From: Trichormus sp. ATA11-4-KO1
GTDB taxonomy: Bacteria; Cyanobacteriota; Cyanobacteriia; Cyanobacteriales; Nostocaceae
Assembly (NCBI GenBank): GCA_019358915.1
Contig: JAHHIM010000065.1
Coordinates: 160,001-224,000 of the forward strand
Reading direction: 5' to 3'
DNA length: 64,000 nucleotides
The position numbers and the translations under genes are program-made. Positions 50,880-61,408 of this stretch are shown here, piece by piece (the first letter of the stretch is position 1; each line of letters starts with the position of its first letter). The notes beneath the pieces were generated by a model. The model saw nothing but the letters and a program-made list of their open reading frames with translations. It had not been told where the DNA came from and searched no databases.

Positions 50880-50920
50880 GTATTAATTATTAGTTATTCA
50901 CTCCACGCGAATAGCTAAAT

Positions 50921-50945
50921 AAGCCCCCTTCTGGGGGTTTTTTTT
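50921..50945 (+). terminator. Intrinsic terminator of coxBAC
   Basis: AAGCCCCC-TTCT-GGGGGT followed by a T-run. Confidence 0.8.
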
Positions 50946-50949
50946 ATGG

Positions 50950-51435
50950 CTAAATTTCTAAAGCTATTTTAATGTTTTGCACTATTAGTTGCGGTGGCTC
51001 AGAAACATCTACACAAATAGCATCATCAGGCTCCTCAAGGGTATCTAATTGGCTGTTGAGGAGTTTTTCTGACATGAAATGATTTTGCCGTCCTAGGAGT
51101 CGTTGTTGGAGTAAATCTAAACTGCCTTGGAGGTAAACTAGCTTGATGTTTTCGTGGTCTAGTCGCAGGTATTGGCGATAATTAGCTTTGAGGGCAGAAC
51201 AGGCTAAGACTACATTGGCATTTTCTTTTAACCAAAGGGCGATCGCAGTTTGCAAATCTTTCAACCAGGGCTTCCTGTCGGCATCATTGAGGGGAATACC
51301 CAGCCGCATTTTTTCAATGTTATCTGTTGAGTGAAATTCATCAGCGTCTTTAAATTCCCAGTTTAATGAATCGGCTAACAGTTTCCCGATGGTTGTTTTG
51401 CCGGAACCGGAGACTCCCATGATGAGAATTATCAT
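50950..51435 (-). CDS. gntK: Gluconokinase
   Basis: MGVSGSGKTT, DADEFH, PLNDADR.PWL, CSALK..YR. Confidence 0.92.
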   Translation of the reverse strand: MIILIMGVSGSGKTTIGKLLADSLNWEFKDADEFHSTDNIEKMRLGIPLNDADRKPWLKDLQTAIALWLKENANVVLACSALKANYRQYLRLDHENIKLVYLQGSLDLLQQRLLGRQNHFMSEKLLNSQLDTLEEPDDAICVDVSEPPQLIVQNIKIALEI

Positions 51436-51473
51436 TAGTTTTTAATGCAGAGGGACGCAAAGGTACGCTGAGA

Positions 51474-52202
51474 TTAAATTTTGAGTTTTGCTAAACCTAT
51501 GTAGCGTATGCCTTCTGGAGTTACATGAAAACGGCAGGGTAGGATTTCTAAGCCGAGGGCGATCGCATTTCGTAATAGTTTACCATATACGGGGTCTGTA
51601 ATGTCACCAGGGGCAAACTCAGTACAATCACTGCGGTTGATGAAGTACAGCATAACTGCACGAGTTTGGGGTAATAGTGCTGTGAGTTCCCGTAAGTGTT
51701 TTTGTCCTCTTGTGGTTTCTGTGTCGGGGAATAGTGCTAAAGTGCCTTGGGCCCAAGTTGTGTTTTTTACTTCTAAATATATTGGGGGTTCTGCGTCGCT
51801 ACCTGTGAGGTAAAAATCTACCCGACTTTTTTTATCTTGCCCATAAACTACCTCACCCTTAATTTGGCTATAGTCTCCCAATTGAGAGAAAAGGTGTTTT
51901 GCTAAGGCTAGTTTTACTATTTTATTGGGTAAAACAGTATTTATACCTACCCAGGTTGGCTCGTTGTCATTTACCTGAATTAACTCTAAGGTGTAGGCTA
52001 ATTTGCGCTGGGGATTATCACTTTGGGAAAGTTGTACTGCACTTCCAGGGGTGGAAACTCCTGTCATGGGGCCTGTGTTGGGACAGTGTGCTGTGACTAT
52101 TTCGCCAGAATCAAGTTGAATATCAGCAAAAAAGCGCTTGTAGCGCTTCAGTAAAATTCCCGAATACAAGGGTGGATAACAGTAAAGCCAGTCAATCATC
52201 AT
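51474..52202 (-). CDS. sfsA: Sugar fermentation stimulation protein A (nuclease fold)
   Basis: KRYKRFFAD, AHCPNTGPM, EVKN, FPDT.T.RGQKHL. Confidence 0.93.
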   Translation of the reverse strand: MMIDWLYCYPPLYSGILLKRYKRFFADIQLDSGEIVTAHCPNTGPMTGVSTPGSAVQLSQSDNPQRKLAYTLELIQVNDNEPTWVGINTVLPNKIVKLALAKHLFSQLGDYSQIKGEVVYGQDKKSRVDFYLTGSDAEPPIYLEVKNTTWAQGTLALFPDTETTRGQKHLRELTALLPQTRAVMLYFINRSDCTEFAPGDITDPVYGKLLRNAIALGLEILPCRFHVTPEGIRYIGLAKLKI

Positions 52203-52320
52203 TTTTCTAAGTGCGCTTGCCCTGAGCGAAGTCGAAGGGGAGTGCTGAGTAAAAATATTAGTTCTTAGTCTCTAGTCACTTTGTAAATATACGTTAATTT
52301 TTTACCTATTTTAAATGTTT

Positions 52321-52461
52321 TAAGTAGAACAGAGTAAATGATTAAAGGTTTGTAGTGAGAACTTTAGTTCTCAAATCAGGACTAAAGTCCTGACTACGAA
52401 CTGATTTTCGATAAATTTACATTACTTTACACAATTTGGTTTTTTCAAGTCGTTCTACTTA
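52321..52461. mobile_element. MITE-like element with 10-bp perfect terminal inverted repeats and internal REP-like palindromes
   Basis: TAAGTAGAAC / GTTCTACTTA ends; GTAGTGAGAACTTTAGTTCTCA and TCAGGACTAAAGTCCTGACTAC inside. Confidence 0.7.
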
Positions 52462-52617
52462 CTTATTTGCTCCTATCTGCAAATATCTCACCAACGGTGA
52501 AGGAATTATATATCACAACTTGTCAATTTCTGTAGTCAATTTGACGACATATTAATAAAAAGTCGCATATACTCAGTGATATAAGCCTCTCATCCAGAAA
52601 GACAGGAGAGGATTGCA

Positions 52618-53310
52618 ATGTGTAAGCAGGTAAATCCTATGCAACAAGTATGGGAATCAACGGAATTAGAATATGCCTTTTTGTTTACTCTCAGAAAGGT
52701 TAATTCCATAAATCCAGAAGGTTTCAAGCCATTTTTTCATCATCTACCTGTTGATCCTTATATCAAAGGTAATTATCGTTTGAGACGATTATCTCGGTTC
52801 ATAGCTACGGGGGATAAGTTAATTAAGTTACCTCATGGCTACCTCTTCCAAGGTAAAGATTACAATCCATTATTGGGAGACATTAAACGAGAGTTTGCAG
52901 AATTAGAAGATGCACTTATAGAACTCGATATTTTTAAGAATCTTGTTTTAGCATTTAGTGATTCTTGTAAACTGCATCCTGAAGCTGAAATCGGGGTTCA
53001 TCAAATTAGAACTATCTGTTCTCCTCAAAATTTGGGTAATCCTGCGCCTGAAGGTATTCATCAAGATGGTACTGATTTTATTGGTATCTTCTCGGTAAAT
53101 CGCGATAATATTCAAGGTGGAGAAACTCATTTATATACTGCTAAAAAAGAGAAGCCTGTGTTTAGCAAGGTTTTAAATCCAGGTGAACTTTTATTAGTCA
53201 ATGATCATGAATTTTTCCACTTTACTACGCCGATAAAACCGCAAACTGATGGACAGGGAATTAGGGATGTTTTTGTATTGACTTCTCCTAGTTTATTGAT
53301 TGATTATTAA
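52618..53310 (+). CDS. 2OG-Fe(II) dioxygenase family protein (2OG-Fe_Oxy_2 / BsmA-like)
   Basis: HQIR, PEGIHQDG (HxD), distal His in FFHFTTP, RDVFV. Confidence 0.8.
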   Translation: MCKQVNPMQQVWESTELEYAFLFTLRKVNSINPEGFKPFFHHLPVDPYIKGNYRLRRLSRFIATGDKLIKLPHGYLFQGKDYNPLLGDIKREFAELEDALIELDIFKNLVLAFSDSCKLHPEAEIGVHQIRTICSPQNLGNPAPEGIHQDGTDFIGIFSVNRDNIQGGETHLYTAKKEKPVFSKVLNPGELLLVNDHEFFHFTTPIKPQTDGQGIRDVFVLTSPSLLIDY

Positions 53311-53311
53311 G

Positions 53312-54460
53312 TTAATCTACAGCAAAAATTTGACAATCTACCAGATATGGGGAATTGAATGCAGTCATTTCCCCAGCTTTTTTATGAGGGATGGGAAATA
53401 ATCTGGCTGATAGCGGTTTATTGAGTTTAATTGCTAAAGTTGCTAAATCTATTAATATTGCGGCAATTTTGTCAATGGTGATATTACCAGGAATTGGCAC
53501 TGTATCCAGTCCACAGCCACAAACTGCTGAATATAATAATAAATTAGTAATATCATAAGTTTGCTCATTAGCTCTAGTAGCTAATCCGACATCTTCGCAT
53601 ACTGGTAGCATCAAACCAGAGTAGCCACAGATTTTGACGGAAACACTTTTTAGAACACGAGTTAACATGCCAGAAATTGCTAAGGTTCCTGGATGTCCAA
53701 ATTTACCTTTTAGTAATTTTTCATAAGCAAAGGCAATACTATTTTGTTTATCTAAAGATGGTGCGAGAGATGTATCTATGCCGTTGTATTTTACAGCGAA
53801 TTTTGTTGATATTTCTGCGGCAATATTGGCGATTTTTGTGAGTTCTATTTCTAAAAGTGATTGCAGGTTTTTTTCGGCTGTTTGTAGATCATTCGCTTGA
53901 GAAAAAGCTTGGTTGACTAATTCAGCTAGTTCTAATCCAATAGCAAAAGCTGTATCGCCTACATGGTAAGAAGTTGGAAAAAATGGAATTCCTGGCTGGC
54001 AGTTGGCTGATGCACAATAGCGAAAGTTACCATAGCCATTTTCAGTTTCTTGGGAAATGCGTTTAATAGCTTTGGCTGATTCGTAAATATTTTCTAGATT
54101 GATGCCTGATTGTTGGTCACCAAGTTGGCTGGAAGAGTAAATAATTGACGTATGTTTGTTAATGTCGGGGATTAAAGCTATGGTTTCTGGTTGGTTGGCA
54201 TGACCGATATTGAAAAAGCTAATATCTAGATTGATACAGGTTTTTTCTAAATCTTGAATTTCTTTGAGAATATCAGTTTTTGATAAATCTGATAGATATT
54301 CTTGCCAAGAGTTAGTGGTAATTCTGGTTGTTTGAACTGCGTATCCTTGTTGTTCAAAGATTATTTTTGCTTGCTGATTAAATGCATGAGATTGTTTAAT
54401 TTTATCGGTGTCTTTGGGAGATTGTAGTGATATTCCTGTGGTGATGGTTCTAATTTTCAT
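53312..54460 (-). CDS. DUF711 (PFL-like) family protein
   Basis: MKIRTIT.GI, GIDTSLAP, GYSGLMLPVCED, VCGCGLDTVP. Confidence 0.85.
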   Translation of the reverse strand: MKIRTITTGISLQSPKDTDKIKQSHAFNQQAKIIFEQQGYAVQTTRITTNSWQEYLSDLSKTDILKEIQDLEKTCINLDISFFNIGHANQPETIALIPDINKHTSIIYSSSQLGDQQSGINLENIYESAKAIKRISQETENGYGNFRYCASANCQPGIPFFPTSYHVGDTAFAIGLELAELVNQAFSQANDLQTAEKNLQSLLEIELTKIANIAAEISTKFAVKYNGIDTSLAPSLDKQNSIAFAYEKLLKGKFGHPGTLAISGMLTRVLKSVSVKICGYSGLMLPVCEDVGLATRANEQTYDITNLLLYSAVCGCGLDTVPIPGNITIDKIAAILIDLATLAIKLNKPLSARLFPIPHKKAGEMTAFNSPYLVDCQIFAVD

Positions 54461-54589
54461 TTTTATCAAACCGCCAAGGGAGGAAGTAGATTGAGATTTG
54501 GAAATTAGCTAAAGTGAAGGTGAATATTTAACATATAAAGTAGTAGAGCTATAAAATCGGCTACTAAGCTAGAGTTTTGGGAGTCAATT

Positions 54590-55858
54590 ATGAGCGACGA
54601 ATTTTATCATCGGGGACTAGCAAAGGCTAAACAACAAGACTATACGAGCGCTATTGAGGATTTTAACTATTGTTTACAGCAAACACCTGATTATGCTGAG
54701 GCTTTTTTACAACGGGGTTTGGCTTATTATGACTCAGGTGCTATTCACCAAGCTGTCTCAGATTATACTGAAGCTTTGAGGTTGAATCCCCAGAGTGTGG
54801 AGGCGTATTATTGTCGGGGATTGGCAAGGGTGGCGCTGAAAAATTTGCCGGGGGCGTTGGAGGATGTGGAAAGTGCGATTCGCCTCAATTACTATTATGC
54901 AGCTGCGTATAGTCTGCGGGGGATGGTGCGGCGCAAACAGGGGTTTATTCAAGATGCGATCGCTAATTTTAAAAAGGCGGCAGAATTATATTTAGAGCAA
55001 AAGGATACAGAAAATTGTCGTCTATGTCTAGAAAAAATTAAACAGCTACAACCACCAGCAAAACCAGTTGTCCAGTCACCTAGTTCTACTAGTGCGCCGA
55101 TATTATCGACAAATGCATATTTTACTCAGTTATTAGAAAAAGCCGAAAAAGGAGATACGCGGGAGGCGATCGCAGATTTAAACTGGATACTACAAGCTGA
55201 TCCGCAAGATGCCCAAGCCTATTGCTGTCGGGGAGTGGTACGCTGCAAAATGGGAAAATATCGCGAGGCGATCGCGGATTTTAATCAAGCATTACAATTA
55301 AACTTTCAAGATGCCATAGTTTATCGTAACCGAGGTAAAGCCCGTTCTCTGTTGGGGGATCATCAAGGGGCGATCGCCGATTTTCATCAAGCACTGAAAA
55401 TTCAACCCCAGGATGCTTTAATATATGTTGCTAGAGGTAATGTTTATCGGGTATCTGGTAATTATCTCGATGCCATTCAAGATTATAGTCAAGCACTGCA
55501 AATTAATCCAGATTACGCCCCAGCTTACTATCATCGGGGAATTGCTTATACTTGCTTAGAAGAAATGCAAAATGCTGTGGCAGATTATCAGCAAGCAGCG
55601 AGTATTTTCTGTGAAAATGAAGATTGGGAAAATTACCATCAAGTATTAGAAAGCTTGCAAAAAATCCAGACATTTAGTCCTGAGTCAAAACAGCAGAATC
55701 ACAACTTGCTGCGTCAGCGACTTTTACGGCTGGTGGGGGGATATTGGGAAATTGCTCAAAGGTTAATTGATCAAAAGGAAGAATACTATCCAGGGATGAC
55801 AGATGAATGGTATTTACAAAAAGTAATTGAAGATGTAGAACGCGATCGCGGTCGCTAA
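54590..55858 (+). CDS. Tetratricopeptide repeat protein
   Basis: Multiple AY..RG....G.Y..AI.DF.QAL repeats. Confidence 0.9.
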   Translation: MSDEFYHRGLAKAKQQDYTSAIEDFNYCLQQTPDYAEAFLQRGLAYYDSGAIHQAVSDYTEALRLNPQSVEAYYCRGLARVALKNLPGALEDVESAIRLNYYYAAAYSLRGMVRRKQGFIQDAIANFKKAAELYLEQKDTENCRLCLEKIKQLQPPAKPVVQSPSSTSAPILSTNAYFTQLLEKAEKGDTREAIADLNWILQADPQDAQAYCCRGVVRCKMGKYREAIADFNQALQLNFQDAIVYRNRGKARSLLGDHQGAIADFHQALKIQPQDALIYVARGNVYRVSGNYLDAIQDYSQALQINPDYAPAYYHRGIAYTCLEEMQNAVADYQQAASIFCENEDWENYHQVLESLQKIQTFSPESKQQNHNLLRQRLLRLVGGYWEIAQRLIDQKEEYYPGMTDEWYLQKVIEDVERDRGR

Positions 55859-55936
55859 AAGCCACCAATAGCACCTGGAGAAGAATGGCGGATCTATCGA
55901 TGGGTTTAATGCGATGGTATGCTACAAAGCAAAATT

Positions 55937-57298
55937 CTAGATACTGGCTGGCTGCTTCTTTTCTGGAGTCTGGTAATGACTGCTATCGTTAACAGTTTTA
56001 TCTTCTAGAAAAGCTTCTCGACCTGTAATCAATCTAGAGCGACGATTACGAGTAATATAATTCCACGCCCACTGAATTACTACTACTAATTTAGTGTCAA
56101 ACTCAATTAAGAAGTAGATGTGAATTAATAGCCAAAATACCCAAGCAATGAACCCTTGGAGTTTGATTAAGCCTAAATCTACAACAGCTAGATTTTGCCC
56201 AATCATCGCCAAACTACCCACATCATTGTAACTAAATTGTGGCAAAGTACGACCTTGCAGCCGTAGTCGAATTAGTCGGGCTACATACTCTCCTTCTTGT
56301 TTAGCTACAGGTGCAACACCAGGTAAAGGTTGACCATTTTGATGAGAGAAGTTGGCTAAATCTCCAACTACAAAAATGTTTTGATAACCCTTAATAGTCA
56401 AGTCTGGTTCTACCATGACACGCCCGGCGCGATCGCATTCTACACCTGTACTGTCTGCTAAAATTTTACCCATTGCCGAAGCTTTTACACCTGCTGCCCA
56501 CAATATAGTTTTTGCAGGAATTTCTTGGACTGCATCACCTTGCTTGAAAGTAACGATGTCGTTTTCAATATTTGTCACCCTGGTGTTAGTTTGGATAACC
56601 ACACCCAACTTTTGCAAAGCAGCTGTTGCTGCTTGAGATAACTCTGGCGCAATGTATCGGAGGATGCGATTGCTCCCTTGCAATAGTAAAATTTTTGCTT
56701 CTGAGGTGTCGATGTTGCGGAAATCTTCTCGGAGAGTTTTGTGTGCCAACTCGGCGATCGCACCTGCTAATTCTACACCAGTGGGGCCACCACCCACAAT
56801 TACAAAAGTCAACAAAGCACGACGTTTTTCCGGATCAGTTTCTCTTTCTGCTGCTTCAAATGCCGAAAATATCCGACGACGTATTTCAATAGCATCTTCA
56901 ACAGTTTTCAAGCCAGGAGCAAAATCTTTCCAGTGGTCTTTACCAAGATAGGAATGATTAGCACCTGTGGCAACAATTAATGTATCATAAGGGATTAATT
57001 TATCACCCACTGTAACTTGTTGCGCTTTGGGATCAATATTATTTACTTCTCCCAACAACACCTGTGTATTCTTACTTTTTCTGAGTACAAATCGCAATGG
57101 TGAGGAAATATCAGCTGGTGATAGTGTACCTGTAGCAACTTGATATAAAAGCGGCTGAAATAGGTGAAAGTTACGTTTATCAATGAGAGTAACATTGACA
57201 TTCGCTTTAGCAAGAGTCTTTGCTGCATACAGTCCACCAAAGCCACCACCAACGATTACAACCTGATGTGGTGCATTCTTTTCGAGTGAGGCTACCAT
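55937..57298 (-). CDS. ndh: Type II NAD(P)H:quinone oxidoreductase
   Basis: GGGFGG, FQPLLYQVATG, GGGPTGVELAG, WAAGV. Confidence 0.9.
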   Translation of the reverse strand: MVASLEKNAPHQVVIVGGGFGGLYAAKTLAKANVNVTLIDKRNFHLFQPLLYQVATGTLSPADISSPLRFVLRKSKNTQVLLGEVNNIDPKAQQVTVGDKLIPYDTLIVATGANHSYLGKDHWKDFAPGLKTVEDAIEIRRRIFSAFEAAERETDPEKRRALLTFVIVGGGPTGVELAGAIAELAHKTLREDFRNIDTSEAKILLLQGSNRILRYIAPELSQAATAALQKLGVVIQTNTRVTNIENDIVTFKQGDAVQEIPAKTILWAAGVKASAMGKILADSTGVECDRAGRVMVEPDLTIKGYQNIFVVGDLANFSHQNGQPLPGVAPVAKQEGEYVARLIRLRLQGRTLPQFSYNDVGSLAMIGQNLAVVDLGLIKLQGFIAWVFWLLIHIYFLIEFDTKLVVVIQWAWNYITRNRRSRLITGREAFLEDKTVNDSSHYQTPEKKQPASI

Positions 57299-57457
57299 AA
57301 TAATATTTCCTGTGTTAAGAGAGTTGTAACTATTCTTAACAAGAATGTAACAAAAACATGCGAAATGTTACCGTTTATTTAGAACATTTGCAAAAATAAT
57401 AAAAGTAGTCAAAGTTATCTTAAAGAAATATCAAGTATGTGGTTGAAAAAAACTACC

Positions 57458-60094
57458 CTACTCATCTATATTTTGCAGCCCCATCGCAATCTTACTATGC
57501 TTCTCAATCTGACCCATAACTTGTTTTGCCCGTTGAATCACCACATCTGGTAAACCCGCCAAACGTCCCGCTTCAATTCCATAGGATTTATCTGCACCCC
57601 CCGGATGAACTTGGTGCAAAAAGATAATTTGGTCGGGTAATTCTTTCACAGTCACTTGATAATTAGCGACATTCGGTAGAATGCTAGCCAGTTCATTTAA
57701 CTCATGATAATGAGTGGCAAAAATCGTCCGCGCCCGAATCTCTACAGCTATATACTCTGCTACCGCCCAAGCAATCGAAAGACCATCAAATGTGGCGGTT
57801 CCTCGGCCAATTTCATCTAACAACACCAATGACCTAGAAGTAGCATGATTGAGAATATTCGCCGTTTCATTCATCTCCACCATAAAAGTAGATTGACCAG
57901 TTGCCAAATCATCAACTGCACCTACACGAGTGAAAATGCGATCGCACACTCCCAACTTAGCAAACCTCGCCGGCACAAAACTACCAATTTGCGCCATTAA
58001 CTGAATCAACCCCACCTGACGCAAATAACAACTCTTACCACTAGCATTCGGCCCAGTCAGAATTACTAAATCCGGCTTCTCCTGTGCGTCCTCTGCACCT
58101 TCTCTTCGAGACGCTTCGCGTTCGCGTAGCGTTCCGAAGGAAAGGCGGTTCGTTTCCTCACTCCCCAACTGAGTTGAATTCGGCACAAAAAACCCCGACG
58201 GTAAAGACTGTTCCACCACCGGATGACGACCATCCACAATCATAATTTCCCGCCCTGAAACCATCTCTGGACAACAGTAACCTTGCTGTACGGCCAACTC
58301 AGCCAAGCCACACAACACATCCGCCGCCGCCACAGCACGAGAAAGATTACGAATGACCTCAGCCTGTTCCCCTACCTCTTCCCGCAACTCCACAAAAATT
58401 TCATATTCCAACTGATTTAAATCATCCCGCGCTGTGAGAATCCGCGCTTCTCGTTCCTTCAACTCTGGGGTGATATAACGTTCCTCATTGGTCAAGGTTT
58501 GCTTACGGATGTAATTAGACGGTACTTGGTCAGATTTAGCACGGGAAATACTAATGTAGTAACCAAAGGTTTTATTAAATCCTACCTTCAAAGTAGGAAC
58601 TCCTGTTCTCGCCCGTTCATCAACTTCTAAATTGGCAATCCATTGTTGGTCTGACTCTACCGTGGCCTTTCTCTCATCCAACATGGGATTGATCCCCGAA
58701 CGAATTAACCCCCCTTCTTTAATATGTATCGGCGGTGATTCTACTAAATGGGCGTGTAATTTTTGTGCCAATTCTGATAATACAGTTGGGACTTTTTGCA
58801 AAGCTTTCAAAAAAGGCGATCGCGCATCAGCTACTAAGAGCGATAATTCTGGTAAGCGGGACAGGGAATCCGCCAAAGCCACTAAATCTTTAGCATTAGC
58901 AGTTCCCGAACCAGCCCTACCTGTCAACCGTTCCAAGTCGTAAATCTGCCGTAATAATTGCCGCAAATCCTGACGCAGAGGTGTATTTTCCATCAATTCT
59001 TGGATGGTGTCTTGCCGCGCCCGAATGCCTTTAATATCGAGTAGCGGTTGTAATAACCACCGCCGCAACGCCCGTCCTCCCATTGCTGTGCTAGTTCTAT
59101 TTAATGCCCACAACAAAGAACCATGAAATGTACCATCGCGGACTGTTTGCGTAATTTCCAGGTTACGTCGGGTTTGACTATCAACAATCAAATAATCAGT
59201 AATGGTATAGGTGCGTAACCTTTGCAACGAAACAGTGTTTTCTTTTTGGGTATCTTCTACATATTCCAACAAACCCCCAGCCGCCCGCACAGCCAGAGGA
59301 AGATGATCACAACCGAGTCCTTCGAGCGATCGCACTTTAAATTTCTGCAATAATGTGGATCTGGCTTCGGCTTGGGAAAACGGCACTTGCGATCGCAAAC
59401 TATAACAAAATGATGGTGGTAAACATTGAGGGAGATGGGGCGAAGTTTCTCCAGGACGCAGCAAACTACCTAAATCAGGGGCGTTCGTAGGAACCAGCAC
59501 CTCGGCAGGTTGCAACCGCATTAATTCCTGAGTTAAATGTTCTAAATCACTACCTTGCGTAGTTAGGAATTCTCCGGTAGAGATATCTGCATAAGCTAAA
59601 CCCCAGTGATTTACCGCAATTACCACAGCCGCTAAGTAATTATTGCGACTAGATTTTAGCATTCCCTCTTCCAGCAAAGTACCAGGTGTGAGGATACGTG
59701 TCACCTCACGCCTTACCAAACCCACAGCTTCAGATGAGTCTTCTACTTGGTCGCAAATTACCACTGCGTAGCCTTTTTCTACCAATTGGGTAGTGTAGCG
59801 TTCCCAGGCGTGATGAGGTACACCAGTCATAGCTACACGACCAACTTCGCCGCCGTGTTTGCTGGTAAGTACGAGTTCCAATTCTCTAGATACAGTTACA
59901 GCATCTTGGAAAAAAGTTTCAAAAAAATCTCCCACCCGATACAGCAGTAAAGCATGAGGATACTTATCCTTGACTTCCACATAATGCTGGTACATCTTAC
60001 TCAGCTTACTGCGGTCTACCAATTTAGTATCGGCGTGAGGCGTATCAGGTTTATTGGGTTCCGTTGGTTGAGATTCAGAATGAGAAGCGGTCAT
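57458..60094 (-). CDS. mutS: DNA mismatch repair protein MutS (with in-frame repeat insertion)
   Basis: [43 protein letters not shown]. Confidence 0.97.
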   Translation of the reverse strand: MTASHSESQPTEPNKPDTPHADTKLVDRSKLSKMYQHYVEVKDKYPHALLLYRVGDFFETFFQDAVTVSRELELVLTSKHGGEVGRVAMTGVPHHAWERYTTQLVEKGYAVVICDQVEDSSEAVGLVRREVTRILTPGTLLEEGMLKSSRNNYLAAVVIAVNHWGLAYADISTGEFLTTQGSDLEHLTQELMRLQPAEVLVPTNAPDLGSLLRPGETSPHLPQCLPPSFCYSLRSQVPFSQAEARSTLLQKFKVRSLEGLGCDHLPLAVRAAGGLLEYVEDTQKENTVSLQRLRTYTITDYLIVDSQTRRNLEITQTVRDGTFHGSLLWALNRTSTAMGGRALRRWLLQPLLDIKGIRARQDTIQELMENTPLRQDLRQLLRQIYDLERLTGRAGSGTANAKDLVALADSLSRLPELSLLVADARSPFLKALQKVPTVLSELAQKLHAHLVESPPIHIKEGGLIRSGINPMLDERKATVESDQQWIANLEVDERARTGVPTLKVGFNKTFGYYISISRAKSDQVPSNYIRKQTLTNEERYITPELKEREARILTARDDLNQLEYEIFVELREEVGEQAEVIRNLSRAVAAADVLCGLAELAVQQGYCCPEMVSGREIMIVDGRHPVVEQSLPSGFFVPNSTQLGSEETNRLSFGTLREREASRREGAEDAQEKPDLVILTGPNASGKSCYLRQVGLIQLMAQIGSFVPARFAKLGVCDRIFTRVGAVDDLATGQSTFMVEMNETANILNHATSRSLVLLDEIGRGTATFDGLSIAWAVAEYIAVEIRARTIFATHYHELNELASILPNVANYQVTVKELPDQIIFLHQVHPGGADKSYGIEAGRLAGLPDVVIQRAKQVMGQIEKHSKIAMGLQNIDE

Positions 60095-60262
60095 AAGTAG
60101 ATGCTAGGAGTTACGCACGGAAAAGCCACAATATCCGATGATAACGTGATGTGAAAATTTAGGGGCGATCGCTCAAAGTTTTGTTATCTTCTCGGTTAGA
60201 GTTGTAAATAGGCGAACTGACAAGTCAGTGCTGGCGCTATCGCAGTTTCAGGAAGTGTTGAG

Positions 60263-60868
60263 ATGAGTATCCCACTTTTAGAGCAGCCGACAACAGAAAA
60301 ATTGGTTACTTTGCGCGGTATTTCTTGGGAACAGTTCAAAATTATCTCAGCACAGTTAGAGAATAATCGAGAAGTCCGCTTAACTTATTTAGCAGGAGTG
60401 ATGGAAATTATGTCTCCTGTAGGAGATAAGCATGAGTATGTAAAAACAACTCTCGGTTATTTGTTAGAAGCTTACATGAGAGAATTGGGTATCCGCTTCT
60501 ACGGTCGCGGTGGTTTTACTCTGGAAGAACCGGGGTATGCTTCTGGTACACCTGATGAATCTTACTATATTGGCAGCAATAAAGAAACGCCAGATATTGT
60601 AATTGAAGTTATTGTCACCAGTGGGACAATTAACAGAAAGGAGTTATACAAACCTTCTAAAGTACCTGAAGTTTGGTTCTGGAAGTCTAACCGGATACAA
60701 ATATTTCGTTTGCATCAGTCTGGTGAGTATGAACAAGTAGACCGAAGTGAGTTTTTCCCTGATTTAGACCCAACGTTACTGTTGCGTTACCTCACTATGC
60801 CTGACCAGTATGATGCTGTGCAAGAATTTGTGCAGGTTATCCGCAATCAACAACAAAGTCGGGAATAA
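60263..60868 (+). CDS. Uma2 family endonuclease-like protein
   Basis: ISWEQF, EIMSP...HE, PDESY, PDIVIEV, VPEVW. Confidence 0.9.
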   Translation: MSIPLLEQPTTEKLVTLRGISWEQFKIISAQLENNREVRLTYLAGVMEIMSPVGDKHEYVKTTLGYLLEAYMRELGIRFYGRGGFTLEEPGYASGTPDESYYIGSNKETPDIVIEVIVTSGTINRKELYKPSKVPEVWFWKSNRIQIFRLHQSGEYEQVDRSEFFPDLDPTLLLRYLTMPDQYDAVQEFVQVIRNQQQSRE

Positions 60869-60883
60869 TCGCTCAAGGTTTTG

Positions 60884-61408
60884 TCATGCTTTCCTGCGAC
60901 TGCTGCGGCGTGTGGGTGGTGGAGTGATTGGTTCATAAGCTTTCAAGCCTTGATCACCCGTGAAAATTTCTACTTTCAAGGTGCTACTGGTTTTAGCATA
61001 ATACTCGGCTACCGTCTTAATTGTTGCATCTCCAATAGAAATCTTTCTAGATGCTAGAATAGGCCATTCAGTAGCCAACTGTTTCAATTGTTCTGAACTC
61101 CACAGTTCATCCACTTCAGTTGTAAAAACTTTCCAAGGGATAACTCCATCTGCTACTTTCACTAAAATATCAGCAAAAGCTTGAGCAATTTCATATCGTC
61201 TAGAATTAGCTTGTGCTATGTGATTACCAGTTTCTATAATTGTCGCTAGTGGTAGTATAAACTGCGTACCTTGTTCCTTTTCTAGTTGAAAACATGATTC
61301 AACCCTGTTTTTATCCCATTTGTCATTATCAGTACCACAAGTTTCTTTACCAGGAACATTTAAATAAACGCAAAGTATTGATGTGTCAATAATCAGAACC
61401 TTGTTCAT
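60884..61408 (-). CDS. PIN-domain (VapC-like) putative nuclease
   Basis: Four acidic positions IIDTS, IIETGN, SIGDAT and FTGD; ATGA overlap with the upstream ATPase. Confidence 0.65.
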   Translation of the reverse strand: MNKVLIIDTSILCVYLNVPGKETCGTDNDKWDKNRVESCFQLEKEQGTQFILPLATIIETGNHIAQANSRRYEIAQAFADILVKVADGVIPWKVFTTEVDELWSSEQLKQLATEWPILASRKISIGDATIKTVAEYYAKTSSTLKVEIFTGDQGLKAYEPITPPPTRRSSRRKA

